A stretch of DNA of 64,000 nt from the NCBI GenBank assembly GCA_043228905.1, contig JBHGNT010000009.1:2232001-2296000 (forward strand), read 5' to 3'. The notes under the pieces were generated by a model. It worked only from the letters and a program-made list of their open reading frames with translations, made no database searches and was not told where the DNA came from. Shown here one piece after another: positions 37,601 through 49,600 of this stretch. The DNA comes from Azolla caroliniana. Its lineage: Eukaryota > Plantae > Polypodiophyta. Positions within the stretch are counted from its first letter, which is position 1. Every line of letters starts with the position of its first letter. The translations under genes were made by a program, and so were the position numbers.

Positions 37601-40600
37601 CTTCAATATGTTTCTTTCTACCATGAAATGTTGAGATATGTGCCAATGCACAGAGACTTTGGTTGTCAATGAAGACTTGAATAAGAGTCTTGCAAAACAT
37701 AAATGTGACAAAGTGGTTGCATTAACCGAAGTTACTCGCAACAAGTATCCAAATAGGCTCCATATTCAGCTTTGATCGATGAAGTAGAAACTGAAATTGC
37801 TTCTTTCATTTCCAAGAAATTAAGCCAGAGCCTAGCTCGAAATGATAGTCGGATGTGGTTGCATTGACCAAAGTTACTCACAACAAGTATCCAAATAGGT
37901 TCCATATTCAGCTTTGGTCAATGAAGTAGAAATTGAAATTTGTTTCTCATTTCCAAGAAATTAATCTAGAGCCTAGCTCAAAACAATAGTCAGATGTGAC
38001 TATCTAGAATCATTGTCATCTGCTTGATCAGCATCTGAGTGGCCAACAAGCTCAATGCCGCCTCAAAAAAAGATTCCATATTCGAATGTGTAGGCCAAGT
38101 ACCTAAGAACTCGAATATAGGACAATATAGGACTTTGTCTTGGAGCACTTGAGAGTTGGCTACTAACAATATAGGACAAATCAAGCTTGGTGTAAGTTAA
38201 GTGAAGAAGAGACCCAATTAACCTTCTGTATTTTGTGATATCTTCAAATTATGAGAGAATCATCTTCACGAGAAAGCTTTGAGTTCAAATCCATGGGACA
38301 TGAAAGTGCTTGCAATCTAACATGTCATAGGTTTCAAGGAGCTGTTTGAGATACCTATGTTGGCTGAGGAAGATATTGTTGGGAATAAAGGGCCATCGTG
38401 CCTTTTATTAGTGCACAAGTGTGAACACACTCGTAGCACACTTTTGACTTGTATATACATAATATCTAAAAACCAAAAAAGAGGTACACTCTTTGTACCC
38501 AAGACAACGTGCATCTCTCTCTCCCTTTGTCTCTCACTCAGACTCTCTCCCTCTCTGTTTTTGACCTGAACCCTAATCCTCGTGCTGCCTTCAAACAAGT
38601 ATCAGAGCTGAGTTTAGGGTTTCTGCAGAGCAAAGTTTAGGGTTTTCTGCAGAGCAGAGTTTAGGGTTTTTCTGCAGAGCAGAGTTTAGAGTTTTCTGCA
38701 TGCAGAGTTTAGGGTTTTCTGCAGAGTAGGTCACGTTTTTACTTTGCACCTTGCCAGAAAGTTGGGATACTTTTAGGACTGCTATGAACAATTCAAATGC
38801 GATGCTTCTTTATGCCGATGTAGAGTGTTCTCTACTCATGGAAGAGATGAGTCGGCAAAACAATGCATCCAATAAGTCCTCTAGTGCGTTGCATATTAGG
38901 TCACAACAAAGAGGCAAATCTGATAGTTATGGCCGTAGTAAATCACGCAGTAAAGATGTAGAATGCCATCACTGTGGCAAAAAGGGTCACTTTAAACGTG
39001 ATTGTTTCAAATGGAATAAAGAGAGGAAAGGGCAAGAAGGTAGATGATTTCATAGAAGAAAAGAGACATTCAACCGAGGAAAGGCAATACTAAAAATGAA
39101 GAGGTGCATGTAGTCATTCATGATAGTGATAGTGGAAATGATGTACTCTTTGTCTCATCATGCTTTACTTGTAGATACGGATGGTGACATGCACACTTGG
39201 ATACTTGATTCCGGTGCTTCTTTTCACGTCACCCTGCATCGTGAGTGGTTTTCAGATTACACAGGGGGTCGATATGGTGTTGTCCATCTTGGGGACAACT
39301 ATGCATGTGAAATTGCAGGTATTGGCACTGTGCAATTATTGTTTCAGCATGGTTCTGCTTTCACACTTCAGCATGTACGACGTACCTCAGCTCAAGAAGA
39401 GCTTGATTAGCACAGGACAGCTAGATGATGATGGATTTCACACAACCTTTGGTGATGGGAAATGGAAGATTTGTAAGGGATCTAGAGTTATTGCCAAGGG
39501 TAGTAAAAGTGATACTTTGTATCCTCTCCATGTATCTAATGTGAGTGACCATGTTGTTGCCATAACCGAGCAGCCTAGTGTTTCTTTGTGGCATGGCCGG
39601 TTGGGACACATGAGTGAAACTGGTATGAAAGTACTTTCTCGTTTGGGTTACTTGCCATGTCTTCGTTATGCTGATTTTGAACATCGTGATTATTGCATTT
39701 ATGGTAAACATGTACAAACATCTCATAAAAAGTCTCTTTCACTGAAATCTTCCCCGCTTGAGTTAGTACATTCAGATGTATGTCAGATGCCAGGGCTATC
39801 ATTAGGGGGAAAAAAATACTTAGTCACTTTTGTCGATGATGCTACACGGAAGGTATGGGTTTACCCTATTTGTAGCAAGGATGAAGTGCTCGACAAGTTT
39901 CAAACATTTTTGGCATTAGTTGAGAATCAAATTGATAAGACACTTAAGTGTCTTCGCTCTGACAATGGTGGGGAATGTGTCCAAGGCCTTTCAAGCTTTT
40001 TGTGACAGCAAAGGGATAAAGAGGGAACTCACTGCCCCTTATAATCCACCCCAAAATGGAGATGCAGAGCGTATGAATCGGACTATTCAAGATAAGGTCC
40101 GTACTATGCTGTCTCATGTTGCATTACCCCATGGTTTTTGGGCAGAGGCTGTTATGACAGCTGTTCACTTGATTAATTGGTCACCTAACAGGTCTTTGGG
40201 AGGGGGAATACCCCAAGAAGTGTGTGGTCGGGCAAGCCACCTTCATATGCTCACTTGAGAGTGTTTGGCTGTGAGGCTTTTGTGCACATTTGCAAAGAAG
40301 AACGCAACAAACTTGAGCCAAAGTCCTGCAAATGTATTTTCCTAGGATACGGTGACGAGGGTGAAATGGGGTATAGATTGTGGGATCCCGAGAAAAGAAA
40401 AATAGTACGCAGCAATGATGTTATCTTCCAGGAAAATCACATACATAAACAACCCAAAAAGACTGAGGAAGTACGTAGGGTTGTATTCCGAGAAGAAATA
40501 CATTCTAGACAGGAAAATGTGCCAGCTGTACAGCAGCAAACACCTGCTGTAGACTTACCTGCAAATGCAGAAAATGAGGTTGGAAATGATCAGCCAGCCT

Positions 40601-43600
40601 TTGCCAATAATGATGAGCCACCAAATGTGCAGGAACAGCTAGAACAGCAAGCTGTTAATGCTGATTTGCAGGCTGAAATGCCTGGACTGCAAATTGAAAA
40701 TGATGATTTGCAGGCTCAACAGCTACCAAACAATGAGCATTGGGTTAGGAGATCGTCTAGAGTTACTAGACAGCCTGACAGATTTGTTCCTGATGCAAAC
40801 AGTGTGGCTGATTATGTCATGGTGACTGATTGTGGTGAACCGTCTTGCTTCAAGGAAGCAATGGACAGACAGGACAACAAGAAATGGTATAAAGCCATGT
40901 TGTCAGAGATGGAATCTCCTGAGAAAAATGGCACTTGGGATTTGGTGCAGTTGCCTAAAGGGCAGAAAACACTTCCATGCAAATGGGTTTATAAAATGAA
41001 GGTCATTTCTGATTCCTCGCCAAAGTACAAAGCAAGATTGATTGCAAAAGGATACAAGCAGGAATATGAAGTTGATTTTGATGAGATCTTCTCGCCTGTA
41101 GTCAAGATGACTACATTAAGAATCATTTTGGGCTTAGTTGCAGCTGAAGATATGGAGCTCATATAGATGGATGTGAAGACCGCCTTTTTACATGGCGATC
41201 TGCATGAAGACATATATATGCAGCAGCCTGAAGGTTTTGTGGCTAAAGGCAAAGAGAAGATGGTTTGTAAGCTCAAAAGGAGTTTGTATGGGTTGAAACA
41301 AGCACCAAGAGAATGGTATCATAAATTTGATGCATTTATGCAGTCTCAAGGTTTTCGTAGAAGTCAAATGGACCACTGCTTGTACACCAAGAAGGCAGGA
41401 GATGACAGCCTGATTATCTTGGTTTTGTATGTTGATGATATGTTGATTGCTGGCAAGGATATTCATGGCTTGAATTCATTGAAGCAAAGCCTTCATGGTA
41501 GCTTTGATATGAAGGATCTTGGTGATGCAAATCACATCCTTGGCATGCGAATACTCCGAAACAGGTTGAAAGGGGTACTCTTTCTTTCTCAGCAGGAGTA
41601 TATCTCTAAGGTTTTGCAGCATTTCAATATGGAGGGGGGGGAAACAATTGGGGTTCCATTGCCTCCATATTTGAAACTCAGTGCAGAAGACAGCCCTACA
41701 TCTGATGCTGAGAAGGCTGAAATGGCTAAGGTTCCATATGCTTCTACCGTTGGCAGTTTGATATATGCAATGGTTGCTACACGCCCTGATATTGCTTTTG
41801 CAGTGGGAGTGGTTAGTAGATATATGGCAAATCCCGACAAAAAGCATTGGGAAGCGGTGAAAGGTATTATGAGATACCTCAAAGGCACAAAGGACTTGTG
41901 TATTTGCTTTGGAAAGCAAAAGGCATCTGTCGTTGGTTTTACAGATGCAGACTATGCTGGTCACGCAGACTGCAAGAATTCTACTTCTGGGTATGTGTTT
42001 ACTTTAACAGGAGCAGTCTCTTGGATCTCCAGACTACAGAAGTGTGTTGCATTGTCTACTACAGAGGAGGCAGAGTATGTTGCTGCCACTGAGGCATGCA
42101 AAGAGGCTTTATGGCTTTCATATCTAGTGAGAGATCTTGGCATTACAAAGTTACCTATTCTTCATTGTGACAGCCAGAGTGCTATCATGCTAGCTCGGAA
42201 TCCCGTCTTTCATGCAAAGACGAAGCACATAGAGGTGAAGTATCACTTCATCAGAGATGTACTTGACAGCAAGAACATTGAGCTTGTCAAAGTACATACA
42301 AATAATAATCCTGCAGATCTTCTCACGAAGGGTCTTCCAGCTGAGTGATTTGCTCATTGCCGACAGATGATGGGAGTTGGATAGATGTATGTAGTTCAGC
42401 TTTGTACATACTTGGACTTAGCTGACGTTCTTTTTTTTTCTCTCATGGCACATTGTCTTTAGGTGGGAGGTTGTTGGGAATAAAGGGCCATCGTGCCTTT
42501 TATCAGTGCACGAGTGTGAACGCACTCGTAGCACACTTTTGACTTGTATATACATAATATCTAAAAACCAAAAAAGAGGTACATTCTTTGTACCCAAGAC
42601 AGCGTGCATCTCTCTCTCTCCCTTTGTCTCTCACTCAGACTCTCTCCCTCTCTGTTTTTTACCTAAACCCTAATCCTTGTGCTGCCTTCAGATATCACAA
42701 GTGGTAGCTAGACCTCCACATATCAAAGAAGTGATGGAGAAGTCCTAAATCAGTCATTTCAAATGTGGTTTTGAGGTCAGTGCAGAACTGTTCTATTTTA
42801 GAAGCAAGGGACCCTATAACTAGGTCATCAACATATAATAAGAGCAAGAATAACAAATCATCTTGCGAAAATACATAGAGATTGTTGTCAACATAAGTGT
42901 TGAAACCCAAGAGAGAGAAACAATGTATTAATTTTGTCATACCAAGTTTTGGGAGCTTGCTCTAAGCCATACAAGGCTTTGTGTAAACTTCCTTTTCCAA
43001 GTCACCATTAAGGAAGGCTCACTAAACATCCATTTCAAAGATAGGCCATTTGTTGTGAGTAGCAAGGGCAAAAGCACATTGAATAGAGGTGTACCTTACT
43101 ATTGGAGCAAAGGTTATCTCATAGTCCACTCCTCCCACTTGTGAGTAGCCTTTTGCAACTAAGCATGCCTTCTGCTTATCCAAAGTAGCATCAACATGGT
43201 ACTTGGTCTTGAAAAACCATTTCAGTGCCTATGTTGAGGCCGACAAACCAGTTCCCATGAGTGATTCTGCTCAATGGAATCAAGTTCAACTTCCATTGCC
43301 ACTTTCCACTCCGGAAAAACAAGAGCATCTTTTGTTGTAGTGGGTTCTTGTGATTGCACAACAAGACATAGTAAGGTAAGTTGCATGAGTGAAGAGGCCA
43401 TTGTGACCTGAGTGTTCTCATGTTGGAAAGAGAACCAGCTGTATACTCATGAAGGTCAGCATCAAAGAGATGGGAATCTTGATTGGTGGCTGGAAGCCAC
43501 CTTAGAAATGTTGGACGCTAGTGCATCAAGGGAGGGGAAACAATTGGACTTGAGGGAGAGGTCTAAGTGGGAGGTGAGTTTGAGGGTGAGTTGGAGTTGG

Positions 43601-46600
43601 AGGAGATGGGGGGTTGGACAATGAGACATCTTTGTTTCGAATAGCAGATTCTGGACTAGCTGGGATTTCAAACCTAAACTCAGGCAAAATCCTAGAGCCA
43701 TCCAACTTAGACTCCACAAAATGAACATCCCTAGACAGTTTGATTCTAGATCCCATAACATGTAAGGTTTAGATTGCGTGTGGTGACCAAGGAACTTGCA
43801 TTTCTTAGTTTTGGACTTAAATTTAGTCTTTTTATTATCTGAATGTGGACATAAGCATCACAACCAAAGACTTTTAAATGAGAAGCTGAGGGTTTTACAC
43901 TTGTAAATGCTTCTATAAGGGTCATTGCATCACCTGCTTTAGTTGTCAGCAGTTGATGATGTAAACTGTTTTGTTGACAGCTTCACCCGAGAGAGGAAGA
44001 TCAGATTGAGTGAGCATTGTGCGAGCCATCTGTTGTTCCTTTCTACCACACCATTTTGTTGAGGGAAAACATGGAAAGCTTGTAAGATAAACTCTCTACC
44101 ATTTTCAGACCTGATCTTTTGAGCTTTCTTTAATGTTTTGTTCTTGACAAGAGCTCCCATTCTTGAAAGTTTATGAAGGTTTGTGATATTTCTACAAGCA
44201 CGTAAACCCAAACCTTACGTGAAAAATTATCAATGATGAGCATGAAATAACATGCACCACCAAGGGTAGTGGTTTTCAATGGAAAACAAAGATCCATGTG
44301 CTTTAACTCCAAGTTAGATGTTGTATAGTGAATGGGTTGATGAGGGAAATGCTCTCAAAGTTGCTTCCCATGAACATTAGCAACACAGGTATTGGGAGCT
44401 TTGAAAAGCGAAAGACCCTCACCTAGTTGTGAAGAAGAGAGCTTTTGAAGAGAGTCGTAGTTAAGATGACCAAAACCAAGTATGTCACAATGTGGGATCT
44501 TGTGCCACCAAGACATGACAGCCTTGAAGTACTTGAAGAAGATGAAATTTGGATATTTCCAAGGGGCTATGGGAACTTTTCAAGTGGAATAAACCCCTTT
44601 CTTGTTTGCCACTTGCTATAATTTGTAAGTTGTTGGTGTCAATGACTTCCAAAATTGAGCTATCAAAGTAGACACCATACCTTACTTTGTTATTCAGAAG
44701 GCTAGAAGTAAATTGGTAAAGACACAATGCACATGTAGCACATGTAGCACCATACCTTACTTTGTAAGTTTGTCATTGGAAGAAGTGTTAAAAAACACAT
44801 TACCCACACAAGAAGCCTCAATGCTTGAGACATCTCCTATAGAGATTGGGGAGGAGCTAGGTTTGACATCATGCAAAATAGATTTGTCATAAGTCATGTG
44901 TGCAATAGCACCAATGTCTACTAGCCACTTATTAAAGGTTGAGGTAGTTGGTCCAACTAAATGTGAAGAATGTTCTTCAATGCCAAGGAAACCTGTTTCT
45001 TTGGCTGAGTGGGCTGAGTTTGATTTTGGTGTAGGCTGAATTTTGGTAGAAAGAAAACTTCTTGGTTTTTTTGTTTTTCTGACAAACAAGTTGAATGTGA
45101 TCTTTGTAACCACAATAATGACAAGTGAGCTCCTTGTAGGCTGGGTTGATTGCTCATCTTGGATTGGGTTTGTTGAAGAAGTTGTTGTTGTTGTGCTTCC
45201 ACTTTCCTTTACTTTTGGCATGGAGAAGTATTTGATTAGAATTTTGAGCACTTTACTTCCTTGTGGCCCTATCTTAAAAGCATGCCAGAAAATGTATTCA
45301 TATGAAGTGTGTTTGGAAGAAGAGAAATTGTGTCACAAAAGGATGAGAATAATTCAAGCGACTTGATCCTTAGACGATGCACAAACTCAGCTTTAGTTGA
45401 CTTGCTTCACAAGGAACTAGCTGCTTTTGGAGAGTAACAAAACGTGTGATTTGATCCATGATGTTTGGAGTCTCATGAATCTTCAGATGTGGTAGTTGAC
45501 CCTCAATAGCTATCATTTGAACGTGATTAGCTCTATGATACCTGCTTTTGATGGCTGTCCATGGTTCATTGGCTATCTCTTCACCTTTGTCTTGAAATTG
45601 ACGGGCAATGCTAGGTTTAATATTAAACATGAGGAAACCATGACCATGAGAATCCTTATCTAGCCAAGCTTCAATCTTAGCTTTAGATGAACCAAAAACT
45701 GATGTGGTTGAAGAAGATGAAGTTACCGGTGGTTTCTTCTCACTACTGTTGACTACATTCCATAGACGATAGTACTGTAGCAAGGCCTTTATTTGCAATT
45801 CCCAATCCAAGTAATTGTTCCCATCCAAGATGGACTCTTCGGGGATTGGGAAATGGTTGACAAAACAATGATGGCATGTGAGGCAATGGATATCCTCCTC
45901 TTGAGCTACAACTGGACTGTTTACAGCAGCTGTAAGTAGATACTCATGGTCTTTCTACGCCTCCCTAGATGCTTGGCAACGCCCAGGTAAGGGGAAAAGT
46001 AGAACCTCCTCTCTAGGTTGGGAGGGTGGCTGGTAAGAGAACCTCCTCTTTAGGGTTGGGAGGGAAGCTACAAAGAATAGATAACTCCTCTTAAGGGTGG
46101 GATAAAAGAAGATAGGCTTGTGTGCTCTTCGGCAAAAACTCAGGCTAAGGTTATGGAGACCTCACAGCTCTGATACCATGCAAGAAAATCTGTTAATTGT
46201 AGCAGCAGAACAGTTGGAAGAAAAAAAAATAGAAACAGCCTACGTTGTGAGAAGGCTGTTAGACAGCAGTAGCAAAATAGTTGCATAAAGTAGACACAGC
46301 CAAAGAGCAGAGCCTGTTTGTAAGTAGCAAAAAAATAAAGTTTTCACAAAAGAGCCTGGTATAGCCTACATAAATGGGGAATGTGGGTAAAGTAGTTGTT
46401 TGGTAGTTATGTAACCCTTGTACAACCAAACAGATACAATAAATGAGGAATAAGCGGGAATAACATTGGAAAAGTGAAAGAGAGTGAAGGCATTTAAAGA
46501 CTTGCCAGTTCTAGAGAGAAGAATCTAGGAAGAGAGATCGTAGATGAGAAATAATAAAGATGATAAAGAGTGCAAGTTTGGAGTTAGCTATTCAGTCTAA

Positions 46601-49600
46601 ACTATGTTATGATTATGACATATTTTATATGGGAGGGGGGATTATATCAACTTTTCTTCAAAATATTCCTGTAATATTAATCATAATAGATCATCCTATC
46701 AGCCTTAACCATAGGTGCTCTTGTGCACATTTGGGTGCACCAGCAATCCTTCTTGTTCTTAATCCAACCTTTCCTAACAAAGGTGCAAACCAGCCAAACC
46801 ACTAAATCAAACCAAATCACTGATCACCTCAACAAGAAATCAACATAAAAACAAATAGCTGCCTGAAATGAATTCACAAACCATATTCTATCCAAAAAGA
46901 CATAACATCACTATGAGTCAAAAGTCAAAAATAACACTTTCAAGAAAAGAAAAAATGATAAAAGTCCCAAAATGCTTGAGGATCTGGAGCTTAAATGGGC
47001 CATATTATCATGAATTAGAAGAGCAAGATCACGGAAGTTGTAAACATGATTGCTAAATGTGTCAGAATCTACTAACCTGCTCAGCAATACCAAAAGTTCT
47101 GGCAGGTGCAATGTCAATTTCATACTTTGAGATATCACTTGGACAAAAAGAGAACCATTGAGTTTTGATAGCTGGAACCTGCACATCAGAATTGGTATCA
47201 AGTGAAGCATTCTTCAATAGTATGTGTTTTATCACACATAATATTTCAGAGGCAAATGCCTAAAATACTATTTACATTATAAGATTTTAACACAATTGCT
47301 AGACCTACTGCTCTCATAGCTGATAACTGTGTGAAGGAACTCAAACGGTCTTATATGATTGACAAATGAACCAGTTCAGATGTGCAAGAATAGCAGAAAA
47401 ACACTAAATAAACTCCTTCACAGGAAAATGTTTTTTTCTTAAATATATACTTCTCCAGTCAACATTTTGATTTTGCCAATGTCATGGAGTCCTTATATGA
47501 CGCCTCTCATCCCTCCTTGTTATAAAGCTTATCCACTGCATAGTGTCATTGAATTTAGCAATGACAAGCCCATTAGTACTTTCCTATTTAATTTCCTTGA
47601 AGTATTTTAATAACTTCACATGGAAAGAGCCTACCCAATGTCACTATGGACTTAATAAAAGGCTACTCCATTTATTCATAATCTTGCCTCTTTCAATATC
47701 AATAAACATGTAAGAAGGTAAAACTATGGCTATGAACTTTTTTCAAGGAAAAGGACACACTAAGAGACCCAAGTTGTAAAGAGGTATAAAAACTAATGAA
47801 TTAGCCATCAAGGATGCTTCTCCTTCTCTAAACTTGAGCTCCCCTTTAGCTTCTTTTCTTCTCTCTCTATCTCCACTAATGGATTAGTACTAAACGCTTT
47901 ATACTTTGCCTAGCATTTATTATCTCCTTGTATGAGCTTGGTAATCCATGATTGACATAAGTGTCCTTTTTTGTGAAGTGTATTTTTCATTACTTATGGT
48001 GCTAAGTTAAATAAGTGGTTGTTTAGCATAACTACTGTATCATTCATTAAGTGAGCAAGGTTAGATAGTTAAGCACAGTTCATATTGCGTGTTGATGCAG
48101 TTGTACCAGACATAAAAGTGCTTGACAAACACTTTTGCCCACATGCTAGCAAAAGAGTAGACAATGGTTCTCATTTAAATATAGATAAGGATTAGGCATA
48201 ATTTGACAGTTTGATAAAACCTCTCAGTAGCATGTCTAATAATTCATTTCCTATCATGTCGAATAGAGGTTGTACATTGACCAAAAATTTATACTTTATG
48301 AAACTCAACTCAATATGCAATGCGGCATTCCACAATCAAGTATTAAACCTTACGTCAATGGAAATATGAATTGACAGAAGAGTGTACCTAAATCCTTGAA
48401 CTAATCAAGAAATGTCTGGCCAAAGCACATATTCTCACGTCACAAGAATGGGAAAAGAGTTCCATTTCCACAATGATACTTCCACATATCCAGTGGCTGC
48501 AAATCTGACCCAAACAATGTGATGAGAGGAATTTCTCTATAACTTTTGCCAGTCTTCAATAAAGCCATGGAGAGCAAAATTACTCTACAATAGAGAAGAA
48601 AGTGCTAGCAATGATTTATGGTGTCAAGAAGTTCAGATACTAACTTCCAGTTCATCATTTCCAGTTCCAAATAAACTGTCAACTATTATTATACTTGGTG
48701 AATGAAACATATAAGACATGCAAAAAAAGGGAGAAGATTTTGATGGATCATCTTGAGTTCAATTCAGCATCATAGTAAGAAGGAAATGAAGGAAGAAATA
48801 TTGACGTCTTTTAAGAGGCCAAAATGGCCTATAAGACTAAACAAGGTATTACATCTTAAGTGTTATCTCGTCTTTGAGAACAAGAAATCAAAATAAAATA
48901 AATGTTACTATGTAAACATAAAAGTAAATAAGATAAGATACTCCTGCTTCAGAAGTCTCTCTTGCAAATGTACAAACTACTTCATGAAGTTTTATAAAGC
49001 AAGCAAGAGTAACACCTCCATTCATCTTCCAATAGGATGTATCTTAGAATGAGACTGAAATCAAGCAATTGAGTGCATGATTGCACCTAGCACAAAACAA
49101 CCAACAAGATTGAACCAGAAACACTTCTGTAATCCGAAGCCTCACAAGTACCCAGCCTAGACCAACTCAAAGTGGTAATCAACTACTTACACTGGACATG
49201 GGTGAGAGGATCTTGAGAGAAAAATGAGTACTTGGGGTATATACATAGTCTAGCTGAGGATCCCAAGCAAGGAATTGACAGCTGTTTAGCACATCCGAAA
49301 CACGGTCACAGCAACCCAAGGTTGGCAGAATGGTGAGACTCAGTTTTTTCTACATAAATGGAGCAAACTTAGAAACCAGAGTACAAGACAAGATGTGTAC
49401 AAGACTAAGTTGCAGCGCTGAAAACAATTCTTGGCAAGCAAAACAAAAATAGCAAAGCCTGAATATGCAGAAATACTATGATGAGCAATACAACAAGTGT
49501 CATGTGGTGTAACATGTGTCAAAGAGGCTCACCAAGAACCAGGGAAGGTTCAACAGTAACACAATTCTGATCCCACATTTTTGTTTTTCTGCCACAAAAG

